From positions 64,001 through 128,000 of the forward strand of contig JAQBHB010000040.1 of the NCBI GenBank assembly GCA_032128115.1: a DNA stretch of 64,000 nt. Reading direction: 5' to 3'. Below the pieces are notes generated by a model. The model saw only the letters and a program-made list of their open reading frames with translations, was not told where the DNA came from and did no database searches. Both the position numbers and the translations under genes were made by a program. Source of the DNA: Deltaproteobacteria bacterium. Its GTDB lineage: Bacteria > Myxococcota_A > UBA9160 > SMWR01. This document shows, piece after piece, positions 35,278-44,844 of this stretch (positions are counted from its first letter, which is position 1; every line of letters begins with the position of its first letter).

Positions 35278-38200
35278 GCCTTCGCGTCTCCGTGGTTTGA
35301 ATCGTCACCCGCGAGCCATTCGCTCGCCAGGGGTTGGCTCTCGAATGCGGCGCGCAGCTCGGGATCCGCGATGCGTGCCGCAAGTTTCCGGAACTGATCG
35401 CGGGCGGCCTCGCGCTCGCGATCGGCGCCGGCGTCGTCGCCGCTGCGGGCCAGCGCGCGGGCCAGACCGGTGCGCAGTCGCCAGGTCAGGCTTTCGAAGC
35501 CCAGCTCGGAGGCCTGCGACAGGGCCTTCTCCGCGCAGTCGCGGGCCTCGTCCACCCGGTTGGCGGCCAGCAGGGCGCGGACCAACGGATCGCTCGTGAC
35601 CACCCAGGCCGTGCGCAGGCCCAGGCGCTCCTGGCCTTCGCGGGCAGATTCCAACAGCGCGACGGCCTCCTCGGCTCTTCCCGCCGCCAGCTCCACCTCG
35701 GCGCGCGCGCTGGTGGAGGGCGCGAGTCCGGCATCGCTCGCCCGCTCCAGGTCGGCGCGAAGCGTCTGCCCGCGCTCGCCCATGCGAGCCGAAAGAGAAG
35801 TGAGCGTGGCCACCAGCCAGCTCTGCATCCAGGTGCGCGAGAGCTTGCCGGCACGCTCCAGGGCATCGCGGGCCGTGGCCACGGCGGCGTCCCAGGCGTC
35901 GATCCGCTCCAGGTAGTGCGCCCGTGCAAGCTGCCGCATGGCCTGGCCGAAGGGATGGTCGTCGTCGGCAACCTCCTGCGCGAGTGCGGCTTCCACCTGG
36001 TCGTATCGGCCCATCTCGGTGAGCGCGATGGCCTTGATGCTGCCGTACTGCACGGGAGCCGAGCCCAGCTGCCCGGCCAGTTCGATGCCCCGATCGCAGG
36101 CCTCGACGCTGCGTTCGAACTCCCCGCGCATCCAGTACTGCCACATCAGCCAGAACAGGTGTTCCTTCAGGCGCACCGGATCACGGCGGCTCTCGAGCCG
36201 ATCGCGCAGTCGCTCGGCTTCGGCCACGGCGTCCCGAGGTGGCATGATGCGCAGCTGGGCAGCGTCGGCCTCGAGCCGCAGATCTTCGTCGCCGATCTCC
36301 TCCACCAGCGCCTGGGCCTCGCGACTGTTCCGCTTGGCCTGTTCGTAGTAGTCGGCCCAGTAGTCGATGAACCACGCGGTGGGAATCAGGGCTCGCGCCA
36401 TGGAGCGGCGATCCCCCAACTCTCGAGCCAGCGCATAGGCCTCCTCCAGCGATTCGCGAGCGGCATGGGCGTAGTCCTGGTCGTCCAACGACAGGATGTA
36501 GTGGGCGCGGCCCAGTGCCAGGAGCGTCTCGAGTTCGCGCTCACGGTTGCCCGCGGCTCGCGCGTTCTCGAGCACGATCTTCAGATCGTCCTGGGCTTCG
36601 CTCCCGCGGAAGAGATCGAGCTGCAGGTCGGCGCGCTGCTTCAGGATGGCATCGCGGGCCCCGCCCTCGGGAGCCAGTTCCAGGGCTTCGGCCAGGGTCG
36701 ACAGGGCGTCATCCATGCGGCCCATGCCGCGCAGGGCGCGGGCGCGCAGGGCGATCAGGTCGGCGCGCCAGCCGGGTTCAGCCCCATCGAGCACCTCCTG
36801 TGCCGCCGCCACGTGGCGCAAGGCCTCCTCGAATGCGATCGATTCGAGTGCCCGGCGGGCGGCGCGGACCAGGGCCTCGGCGGTGCGCACGGGTTCGGCG
36901 GCGGCGCCCGCCTGGTACAGGTGGTGCGCCAGCTCGGCTTCGTGCGCCTCGCCGGCGCCGCCACGCCGTGATTCCAGGGCATCGGCGATGCGCAGATGCA
37001 GGCGTTGGCGGCGCGGAAACGAAAGCCCGCCGAGCAGCGTCTGGCGGATCTGCTCGTGGACGAACACGTAGCGCGCCTCGCGCCCGTGCGGCTGGTCCTC
37101 GACCAGGTGGGCGGCCTCGGCCTCTTCCAGCGCGTCGAGCAGGGAGTCCTCGTCCAGGCCCCCGATCCGCAGCAACAGCTCGAAGGAGAACAGGCGTCCG
37201 GAGACCGCTGCCGCAGTCAGGGCTTTCCGACAGGGCTCGCTCACGCGCTCCAGCCGCCGTCCGATCACGAGGCGCGCCCCGCGCGGCACTTCGGTTTCGG
37301 AGACCTGGATTCCGGAGCGCCATTGGCCCTGTTCGTCGAAAAGCTTGTCGACTTCCTTCAGGTGTCGAAATACCTCTTCCACGAAGAAGGCGTTCCCTTC
37401 GGTCTCCGAGTAGACGAGATCTACCAGCTCCGGCGGCGGCGCCTGGCCGGCGCGGGCCTGCAGCAGCGCGGCCACGTCACGAGACCCGAGGCGATCGAGC
37501 ACGATCTCCTGGGCGCTGCGGGCGCGCAGCAGGTCTTCGAGGAGTCGCGCGAACGGCCGGTTGGGCGAGAGCTCCGTGTGTCGATAGGTCCCGATGGCCA
37601 GTACCGGGATTCCGGACAGGCGTGGGGCCAGCTGCTGCAGGAGCAGGAGCGTGGATTCGTCTGCCCAATGTAGATCTTCGTAGACGAGCACCAGCGGGCG
37701 CGCTCGAGCAGCGCGCTCGACGAATTCGCCCACACCGTGCAGCAGGTAGCGCCGCTCCTGCTCCGGAGGCAGCGACGGAAGTTCGGGGATGTCGTCGTAG
37801 CGCTGGCGAAGCTCGGGCATCAGCTTCGCCAGCTCCGGGGCGTTTTCGCCCAGGGCCTCCCGCAAGCCGTCGGCGCTCACGTTGCGGGCCGCCTGCTCCA
37901 GATGCTCCACCAACGGCTGATAGGGAGGCGGGGTCTCCATGTCCAGGCAGTGGCCCACCAGCACGCCCATGTCGCGGTGCTCGGCTTCGGCCGCTGCCTC
38001 CTGGGCCAGGCGCGTCTTGCCCGAGCCCGCCTCGCCCGAGATCAGCACCAGGGCGCCCGTGCCCTGGGCCGCGCGTGCCACCAGGGCCTGCATGCGCTCG
38101 CGCTCGCGAGTGCGGCCCACGTACGGGGTGCGTTCCTGGTCGGCGAGCACGCCGCCGGCCTCGTCCTGGCAGGGGATCTCGTAGATCCGCCACGGGATCG

Positions 38201-38693
38201 CGATCCCCTTGAGTTCGAACTCGCCCCGGTCTTCCAACTCGCCGCGCGCGGTGCCGAGCACGCCGTGAACCGTGTCCGAGGCGAAGATGCCGCCCGGGGG
38301 CGCCAGGCTCTCGATGCGCTTGGCGATGATCACGGTTTCGCCGTGGAGGTTGCCGCTTTCCTCGATCACCTCGCCGGTGTGGAGGCCGATGCGCATCTGC
38401 ACCTCGGTGCCCCCGCGATCGCGGTTGCGACGTGCCACCCCTTGCTGGATCTTGCGGGCGCACGACACGGCCCGGCGCGCCGACGGGAAGGCTGCCATCA
38501 GGCCATCGCCCGTGTCCTTGACCACCACACCCCGGTGCTGCTCCACCTGTTCCAGCGCGGCGCGCTCGAGCTCGCGCTCCAGCGCGTTGGCGGCCTCGTC
38601 GCCCAGCTGCTGGTTGAGTCGGGTCGACCCCACCAGGTCGGTGAACAACACCGTGACGGTCCCCTCGGGCAGCGCCCGGCTCTCGGCATCCAT
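35274..38693 (-). CDS. Class III nucleotide cyclase + STAND/AAA ATPase + TPR-like helical domain
   Basis: LFTDLVGST, KDTGDG, RIGLHTG; Walker A GEAGSGKT; Walker B LVYEDLHWAD; helical repeats. Confidence 0.9.
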   Translation of the reverse strand: MDAESRALPEGTVTVLFTDLVGSTRLNQQLGDEAANALERELERAALEQVEQHRGVVVKDTGDGLMAAFPSARRAVSCARKIQQGVARRNRDRGGTEVQMRIGLHTGEVIEESGNLHGETVIIAKRIESLAPPGGIFASDTVHGVLGTARGELEDRGEFELKGIAIPWRIYEIPCQDEAGGVLADQERTPYVGRTRERERMQALVARAAQGTGALVLISGEAGSGKTRLAQEAAAEAEHRDMGVLVGHCLDMETPPPYQPLVEHLEQAARNVSADGLREALGENAPELAKLMPELRQRYDDIPELPSLPPEQERRYLLHGVGEFVERAARARPLVLVYEDLHWADESTLLLLQQLAPRLSGIPVLAIGTYRHTELSPNRPFARLLEDLLRARSAQEIVLDRLGSRDVAALLQARAGQAPPPELVDLVYSETEGNAFFVEEVFRHLKEVDKLFDEQGQWRSGIQVSETEVPRGARLVIGRRLERVSEPCRKALTAAAVSGRLFSFELLLRIGGLDEDSLLDALEEAEAAHLVEDQPHGREARYVFVHEQIRQTLLGGLSFPRRQRLHLRIADALESRRGGAGEAHEAELAHHLYQAGAAAEPVRTAEALVRAARRALESIAFEEALRHVAAAQEVLDGAEPGWRADLIALRARALRGMGRMDDALSTLAEALELAPEGGARDAILKQRADLQLDLFRGSEAQDDLKIVLENARAAGNRERELETLLALGRAHYILSLDDQDYAHAARESLEEAYALARELGDRRSMARALIPTAWFIDYWADYYEQAKRNSREAQALVEEIGDEDLRLEADAAQLRIMPPRDAVAEAERLRDRLESRRDPVRLKEHLFWLMWQYWMRGEFERSVEACDRGIELAGQLGSAPVQYGSIKAIALTEMGRYDQVEAALAQEVADDDHPFGQAMRQLARAHYLERIDAWDAAVATARDALERAGKLSRTWMQSWLVATLTSLSARMGERGQTLRADLERASDAGLAPSTSARAEVELAAGRAEEAVALLESAREGQERLGLRTAWVVTSDPLVRALLAANRVDEARDCAEKALSQASELGFESLTWRLRTGLARALARSGDDAGADREREAARDQFRKLAARIADPELRAAFESQPLASEWLAGDDSNHGDAKA

Positions 38694-38754
38694 GGTGGGG
38701 CGAGCTTACCGCTCCCGGGCCCTCCGGGGGGCCGCGAATCGCCCGTCTCCCGGG

Positions 38755-38839
38755 CCGGTGGCCCGGTGGCGGTGGCCCGGTGGGTGGCGGTGGCCTAGCG
38801 GGACAAGGCGATCAGGGCCGGGACAAGGCGATCAGGGCC
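38755..38839. repeat. GGTGGC micro-repeats plus a 20-bp tandem duplication of the EamA gene end
   Basis: CGGGACAAGGCGATCAGGGC at 38799-38818 and 38819-38838. Confidence 0.88.
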
Positions 38840-39699
38840 ACGCCCGCCACGTTGGCCAGCGCCCCCAGCAGGCGCACGCGGCCCGGCCGCTCGCGCAGGG
38901 CGAAGACCGCGATCGCCAATGCAAACAGGATGCTCGACTGGCGCACGGCGGTGATGTAGCTGACCGGCGCCGTCAGCATGGCGTGGAGAATCAGCACGTA
39001 GCTCAGGAACGCGACGGCGGCGGAGGTCATCACCAGCAGCGTGCGGCTTCGGACCACCGCCACCACGTCGGCCACCCCGATGCTGCGGCGCGCCAGCAGT
39101 GCGAACAGGGGCAGATACAGCGCATACATCAGGGCCATGAAGATCACCGCGCGTGGCAGGGAGCCACTCCAGGGCGCCTCCCCCAGCAGGCGCATGCCCT
39201 CCTTGTCCACCAGCGAGTACGCCACGGTGGTGACCAGCGCCAGATAGGCGAACCGCGCGCCGCGCGAGCGAGGCGCCGCCGCGTTCAGTCGCCCATCGCT
39301 GGTGACCAGCCACAGGCTGATCACCACCAGCGCGATCCCGATTCCGCCCGGGATCGACAGGCTCTCGCCCAGGAAGGGCACGGCGATGAAGGGCACCAGG
39401 GCCGGTGTGCTGCGCACGATCGGGTAGGCGATCGAGAGTTCCGTGTGGGCGTAGGCGCGGGTCAGCCAATAGCCGTAGAAGGCGTGGATGACGGCGCTCA
39501 CGATCAGGAGCCGCCACACGGCCGGCGGCACCTCGCGTGCATCGAAGCCCAGGATCAGGACCGGTACGAATACGGCGAGCGACACCAGCTCGATCGCCAT
39601 CAGGAACCCGGTGGGCGTCCCGCTGCCCTTGGTGGCGGCGTTCCAGACTGCATGGAGCAGCCCGGAGAGCAACACCAGGGTCAGCTCGAAGGGCGGCAA
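38812..39699 (-). CDS. EamA/DMT family transporter
   Basis: LLHAVWN...K, LSIAYPIVR, VSYITAVRQSSILF; about 10 TM helices. Confidence 0.88.
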   Translation of the reverse strand: MPPFELTLVLLSGLLHAVWNAATKGSGTPTGFLMAIELVSLAVFVPVLILGFDAREVPPAVWRLLIVSAVIHAFYGYWLTRAYAHTELSIAYPIVRSTPALVPFIAVPFLGESLSIPGGIGIALVVISLWLVTSDGRLNAAAPRSRGARFAYLALVTTVAYSLVDKEGMRLLGEAPWSGSLPRAVIFMALMYALYLPLFALLARRSIGVADVVAVVRSRTLLVMTSAAVAFLSYVLILHAMLTAPVSYITAVRQSSILFALAIAVFALRERPGRVRLLGALANVAGVALIALSRP

Positions 39700-39833
39700 T
39701 CGGACCCCCAGGTTCGCGCCGTCACGGGTCGCACCTCCTCGCTCAGTGGGCGGCGATGATGCATCGCCCGGCGCGCCGCCGCCTTCGCATGCTGGGCTTC
39801 AACCCGGCCGCGCCCGGTGCCGAAGAGAGAGGG

Positions 39834-41336
39834 GTGGCGAGGGAGACCCTGGAGATACGAGCCCCCATGGATCCCCGCCGCAGCGCTCCGGCCGCCGGCG
39901 GCATCTGGCTGATCGCCGCCGTCGGGGGCGTCTTCGCTGCCTTCGGCGCCTTTGCTCTCCTCGCGGGAGCGCCCCAGCTGCTGGCCCGGGGCCACGACGC
40001 AGCTGGCGCCATCGGCGCCGGGGTCGGCCTGCTGTTCATTGCGATCGGGGCTGGAATCGTCGTCCTCGGCCGTCGCGGTCAACGCGGCCTCGAGCGACGC
40101 GCGGCCCTGCGCGCCGCCCATTCCGGGGCTCCCTGGATGTGGCGCGACGATTGGCGCGAGCGGCGTGTGGATGACACGGGTTCGGCAGGTGTCGTGATGG
40201 CGTGGGCCTTCGCGATCTTCTGGAATGCGGTTTCCGCGCCCGTGCTCTGGATGCTGCCGCGAGAGCTCGCTCGGGGAAACCACGCGGCGTGGATCGCGCT
40301 GGTGTTTCCGCTGGTGGGTCTGGGTCTCGGGGTGTGGGCCGTGCGCGAGACGATCCGGCGCCGGAAGTTCGGGCGATCGGCGCTGGAGCTCAAGACGCTC
40401 CCGGGCGTGATCGGGGGGCGCTTCGAGGCGGTGATCCACACCAACCTGAGCGAGGCTCCGTCTCTCGGCTTCCAGGTCGCGCTCGCCTGCGTGAATCGGA
40501 TTACGACGGGCAGCGGCAAGAATCGCTCCACCCGCGAGCAGACGTTCTGGAAGGAGGAGCTGACATTTCCGCATGGGTCACTCGGCCTGGGCGTGGCCGG
40601 TTTGTCGGTTCCCGTGGGCTTCACGGTGCCTTACGAGTGCGAGCCCACCAGCGAAGAGAATCGCGATGACCGCATCGTGTGGCGCCTCACGGCCTCGGCC
40701 GAGGTGCCCGGCGTCGACTACACCGAGAGTTTCGAGGTGCCTCTCTTCGAGACCGAGGCCAGTTCGCCCGAGGTGACCGGTGACGAACAGGCGGTAACGG
40801 GAGCGGTCCTCGACTGGATCCACGGCGCGGCGCCCGGGCCGCGAGGCATCGCGTGTCGGCCCTTCGGTGCCGCCGGCGTGGAGTTCGTATTCGGGGCTGC
40901 GCGCAACCCGGGAGTCGCGACGGGGATCAGCGTTTTCACACTGGTGTGGAGCGGCATCGTGGCGTTCCTGTTCCATCGGGACGCTCTCGTGATGGGGGCG
41001 ATCTTCGCGCTGTTCGAGGCCCTGCTGGTGTTCGCGACGCTCGGGATGTGGTTCGGGATCGCGACGGTGCGCGCCGAGCCCGGACGACTTTCGGTGCGGC
41101 GGGGCCTGCTGGGTCTGGGACCCATGCGTGTGGTAACGCCAGATCGCCTGACGGCCATCCGCGCGTCGATTGGAATGCAGTCGGGCGCCCGGGTCTGGTA
41201 CCGGCTGGATGCCGAACTCGGCGATGGCAAGCGTCTCGCACTGGGCGATGGCATTCCCGAGAAGGCCGACGCCCGATCGATTGCCCAGATGCTTTCGAGG
41301 GCCGTGGGCCTCGAAAACTCCAGCAGCAGTCAGTAG
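39834..41336 (+). CDS. Hypothetical membrane protein
   Basis: Several TM hairpins ('FAIFWNAVS', 'FPLVGLGL') plus a soluble beta-rich domain; start uncertain (GTG 39834 after a purine-rich RBS). Confidence 0.7.
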   Translation: MARETLEIRAPMDPRRSAPAAGGIWLIAAVGGVFAAFGAFALLAGAPQLLARGHDAAGAIGAGVGLLFIAIGAGIVVLGRRGQRGLERRAALRAAHSGAPWMWRDDWRERRVDDTGSAGVVMAWAFAIFWNAVSAPVLWMLPRELARGNHAAWIALVFPLVGLGLGVWAVRETIRRRKFGRSALELKTLPGVIGGRFEAVIHTNLSEAPSLGFQVALACVNRITTGSGKNRSTREQTFWKEELTFPHGSLGLGVAGLSVPVGFTVPYECEPTSEENRDDRIVWRLTASAEVPGVDYTESFEVPLFETEASSPEVTGDEQAVTGAVLDWIHGAAPGPRGIACRPFGAAGVEFVFGAARNPGVATGISVFTLVWSGIVAFLFHRDALVMGAIFALFEALLVFATLGMWFGIATVRAEPGRLSVRRGLLGLGPMRVVTPDRLTAIRASIGMQSGARVWYRLDAELGDGKRLALGDGIPEKADARSIAQMLSRAVGLENSSSSQ

Positions 41337-41394
41337 CCGACGACCACGGCGCCCAGGCCCCGGCGGCAGTCAGTAGCCGACGACCACGGCGCCC
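41326..41394. repeat. 29-bp direct repeat (period 40) spanning a stop codon
   Basis: GCAGTCAGTAGCCGACGACCACGGCGCCC at 41326-41354 and 41366-41394. Confidence 0.9.
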
Positions 41395-41422
41395 GAGTTA
41401 CTGGGGACGACGCACGACAGAT

Positions 41423-42145
41423 TCACGAGATCGGGAACCCGGGCGGATTGTTGCTGGGAATCCGTTCGTTCACGTATTCCTCGATCTGCTGGGCACTGTT
41501 GCGGTCCAGCGACAGGAATCGCAGGCCCACACCGTAGCGCCCGCTTGCCTCCCCAGGAACATCCCACACCGCCTTGGCCGTGGCCGAGAGGGCGGAGCAG
41601 ATTTCGGGGAGTTGGAAGGCCAGGTGCACCTCGGTGCCCGGCGCGAGATTGCGATCGAGATCCAGATGGATGCCTGCGCGCGAGATGTTTCGGGCGGTGG
41701 CCTCCACATTCTCTTCGCCGACCCGCACGGACACGGCGCCCTCCAGCGGAGCCCGGGGAAAGGCGCGCACCACCGGAGTGCGCAAGAAGCGATTGACGCT
41801 CAGCACCAGGGATCGCTGGTCCAGGGGCTTGGTCAGGATGTCGTCCGCACCGGCCCGAACCGCGCGCTCGCGATCCTCACCCGCATCGCGCCCCAGGATG
41901 AGGATCACGGGGGTGTCTTGCAATCGGGCATCGGCCCGGATCTCCTTGCAAAGGGCGTCGCCGCCCATGTCCGGAAGCTGCATGTCCGCCACCACCACGT
42001 CGGGGAGCTCGATCCTGGCGATCTCGAGGGCCTGGGAGGCATTGGCGGCGGTGATGACCTGGCCCGAGCGGGCCAACAGGAAGCTCTGGAGGTCGCGGAA
42101 CACGGCGTGACCATCGATGACGAGGATCTTGCTCTTCCGCTGCAC
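41423..42145 (-). CDS. Response regulator receiver + PilZ domain protein
   Basis: REC: KILVID, PDVVVADMQLP, TKP; PilZ: RAFPR (RxxxR) and NISRAG. Confidence 0.88.
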   Translation of the reverse strand: MQRKSKILVIDGHAVFRDLQSFLLARSGQVITAANASQALEIARIELPDVVVADMQLPDMGGDALCKEIRADARLQDTPVILILGRDAGEDRERAVRAGADDILTKPLDQRSLVLSVNRFLRTPVVRAFPRAPLEGAVSVRVGEENVEATARNISRAGIHLDLDRNLAPGTEVHLAFQLPEICSALSATAKAVWDVPGEASGRYGVGLRFLSLDRNSAQQIEEYVNERIPSNNPPGFPIS

Positions 42146-42352
42146 GTTCGGGCTCCATCGCGATCGGGCGAGGCTCCACACCCCCCGGCTCCCTCTCTAT
42201 CGGCCGGAGCGGCTAGAACCGGAGCATTGGCAAGGAAATGGCTGTTTTTACTCAGGAATCCAGGTGTCGCCCTTTGGCCCGCCCCCCCCGGCGCTGCATT
42301 GCTGGCGGGCGCTTGGACTGGCTTTCTGCCGCTCGCTGAACTCGGCGCGGCG

Positions 42353-43279
42353 TCAGTCGGGCGAGGGCAGAAGTTCCGGATTGCGCGCGGCCACCATGCG
42401 CCGGAGCCCATCCCGCCAGTCCACTTGCGTCCTGCCCACGAGCTCGTGCATCCGGCTCACGTCGGCGGGAAGGCCCGCGATGGTGTCCTGGCTGTCCACG
42501 AGTTGGGGCGTGAGCCCGGTGATCTCTCCCAGATGCGTGCACCACTGCTCGAGGCTCACGGTTTCGCTGCCGCCCCAGTTGAGGGTGGTGGCGGGCACAT
42601 CGGCGATCTCCAGCAGCCGTGGGATCTGGGCGATGTAGTCGTCTTCGTGGATCGGATTGAACAGGTTGGGACGATCCGGGTGAACCGGGATCGGCCGTCC
42701 CGCCTTCATCATCAACAGGTGGTACCACGGCCAGCCCCCGTTGTTGCCGTAGGGGACCGAAAGGCGCGTGATGGTGGTGGGCAGATTCCACTGGCGCGCT
42801 GCGAAGCGTGCCACGGATTCCGCGGCCACCTTGCAGAGGCTGTAGGTGGGAAACATGACCCGGTGGTTGTCGCCCAGGGGATCGGTCTCGCGCACGGGCT
42901 TGCCCTCGGCGCTGTGGTAGACGGCGGTGGACGAGCAGAGCAGGAAGCTCTTGGCTCCGCTGCAGTGCGCCATCAGGCGCCCGACCCCTTCGACGTTGGC
43001 CGCCAGGTCGTAATCGAAGTCGCCGCTCTTCACTACGGCGAAGTGCAGCACGCGGGTGTAGTCGCGAGGCAGGTCGTCAAGCGGGTCGCTGGCCAGATCC
43101 AGGGCGACGCAACGCGCGCCAATGGCTTCGACGCGCTCGCGATCCGCCGCCTTGCGGAAGCGTGCGAGCCCGTGCACCTCGTTCTCGCGCGCCAGCTCGC
43201 GCACGATGGGGTAGGCCACCTGGCTGGTAGGGCCCGTGACGAGGATCTTCTCGCCGCGAAGCCCCGCCGCCGGGCTCAC
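42353..43279 (-). CDS. NAD-dependent epimerase/dehydratase
   Basis: KILVTGPTSQVA, SSTAVY, YSLCK (YxxxK); GTGA overlap with the upstream SDR. Confidence 0.85.
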   Translation of the reverse strand: MSPAAGLRGEKILVTGPTSQVAYPIVRELARENEVHGLARFRKAADRERVEAIGARCVALDLASDPLDDLPRDYTRVLHFAVVKSGDFDYDLAANVEGVGRLMAHCSGAKSFLLCSSTAVYHSAEGKPVRETDPLGDNHRVMFPTYSLCKVAAESVARFAARQWNLPTTITRLSVPYGNNGGWPWYHLLMMKAGRPIPVHPDRPNLFNPIHEDDYIAQIPRLLEIADVPATTLNWGGSETVSLEQWCTHLGEITGLTPQLVDSQDTIAGLPADVSRMHELVGRTQVDWRDGLRRMVAARNPELLPSPD

Positions 43280-44028
43280 GAGAGCGTTCCGCCGTCGACC
43301 CGGATGATCTCGCCGTTGATGTGGGCGCCGTCCCCGGAGGCCAGCATGGCGATCACGCCGGCCACGGTCTCGGGGCCCCGCGCCTTGTCCAGGGCCATGG
43401 CGCGCCGGATCAGGTCGACGTCGAGGTTCGGCGGCAGGCCCGCACCGCCGGAGGTCATGGGGGTCTTGATCGATCCCGGACAGACCGCGTTGGCCCGAAG
43501 TCCCTTCTTGGCGAACTCCACCGCCAACGATCTGGTCAGGCCGATCACGCCGGCCTTCGACGCCCCGTAGGCGGCCCCGTAGGCGAGCCCCGCCAGGGCC
43601 GACGTGGACGAGGTGTTCACGATGTTGCCACCGGATTCCAGCAGGTGGGGCAGGGCCGCCTTGCACATCAGGTAGGTGCCCGTCAGGTTCACGGCCAGGA
43701 TCCGGTTCCAGTCGTCGACGTCGAGCTCGTCGAAATGGTCGAAGCGCAGGATGCCGGCGATGTTGCACAGCACATCGAGTCGGCCGAACCGGTCTACGCA
43801 GGCCTTGACACAGTCGCTGGCCGACTGCGGGTTGCTCACGTCGGAGACGCAGGCCTCGGCCTCTGCGCCCAGCTCCGTAGCGGACTTCACCGTGAGCTGC
43901 AGTTCCTCGACCTGCACATCCGTGCAGAAGACCCGGGCTCCCTCCTCGGCCGTCCGCAGGGCGGTGGCCCGCCCGATCCCCGAGGCGGCGCCGGTGATGA
44001 GCACCACCTTGTCTTCGAATCGCTTCAT
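43276..44028 (-). CDS. SDR family oxidoreductase
   Basis: TGAASGIG, NIAGI, YGASK. Confidence 0.93.
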   Translation of the reverse strand: MKRFEDKVVLITGAASGIGRATALRTAEEGARVFCTDVQVEELQLTVKSATELGAEAEACVSDVSNPQSASDCVKACVDRFGRLDVLCNIAGILRFDHFDELDVDDWNRILAVNLTGTYLMCKAALPHLLESGGNIVNTSSTSALAGLAYGAAYGASKAGVIGLTRSLAVEFAKKGLRANAVCPGSIKTPMTSGGAGLPPNLDVDLIRRAMALDKARGPETVAGVIAMLASGDGAHINGEIIRVDGGTLS

Positions 44029-44714
44029 CGCGAGGGGCTCCCGGCGGGCGTTGCGCCCAGCTCGCCGGTGACGCCGCCGCTCTCCTCGAGCAATTGGCGC
44101 ATCTCGTTAGCGCGACTGAGGCGCAGCTCGCGCTTGGCATCGCTGTCGCAGAGGCTTCCCAGCACGTCCTCGCCCCAGGTCACGTGTCGGCGCGTCTTGC
44201 GCACGATGTCGTCCAGGAGTTCGATGGTGGGGGCGTCGGCGATCTGGTCGGTGTCGCGCATGCTGCGCTCGTAGACTTCGATCAGGTGCGGCTTCAGCAC
44301 GTCGAAGATCCCCACCAGCTTTTCGATGGTCTCATCCGGCCGCTCGGGCTCGGCCACGGCCTGCACGAACGCGGCGAAGCCCTGATTGGGCGACTCGGAG
44401 GCCTTCACGGCCTTGCGTCCGCAGCGCAGCTCGGGCAAGCGCTTGCCCAACGCGTCGGCGGCCTGGGCGGTCTCCCAGATCACCTTGCCCAGGCCCGTCT
44501 TCACCGGGATCTCGGGAATCGTGGCGAGCCAGCCCCCCAGGGTGAGCATCATCCACTCTTCTGCATAGCGGAAGTTGCGCACGCGCCGGGCCGTGGCTTC
44601 CACGTCCCAGCGGCCATGTAGCTCGCGCAGGTCGGCGGGAATGTCGAAGGCCCCGTAGGGCGCAAAGGTGGTGCGTTCGTCGGGACCGAATCCCGGATAC
44701 ATGCGTTCGCTCAT
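44025..44714 (-). CDS. Hypothetical protein, ferritin-like helical bundle
   Basis: 'GGWLATIPE..VK..LG...WE.A...DAL.KRL.EL'; ATGA overlap with the SDR; start ATG 44714. Confidence 0.6.
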   Translation of the reverse strand: MSERMYPGFGPDERTTFAPYGAFDIPADLRELHGRWDVEATARRVRNFRYAEEWMMLTLGGWLATIPEIPVKTGLGKVIWETAQAADALGKRLPELRCGRKAVKASESPNQGFAAFVQAVAEPERPDETIEKLVGIFDVLKPHLIEVYERSMRDTDQIADAPTIELLDDIVRKTRRHVTWGEDVLGSLCDSDAKRELRLSRANEMRQLLEESGGVTGELGATPAGSPSR

Positions 44715-44844
44715 GCCGTCTCCGCCTGGGACTCCGGGTCCCGCTTTCGTGTCTGGAATCGTTCGAGAAGAATACGCGCCGCCCATTTTCGTTCGCCGGC
44801 GGCGCGCGGTCAAGGTGGACCTTCCGTGTGCGCCCGATCCCGGC

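Noticed and set aside
41326..41394. Mini-CRISPR (29-bp repeat, 2 copies)
   Set aside because: The spacer is only 11 bp, the repeat overlaps a gene end, and there is no leader or cas gene; it is a simple duplication.
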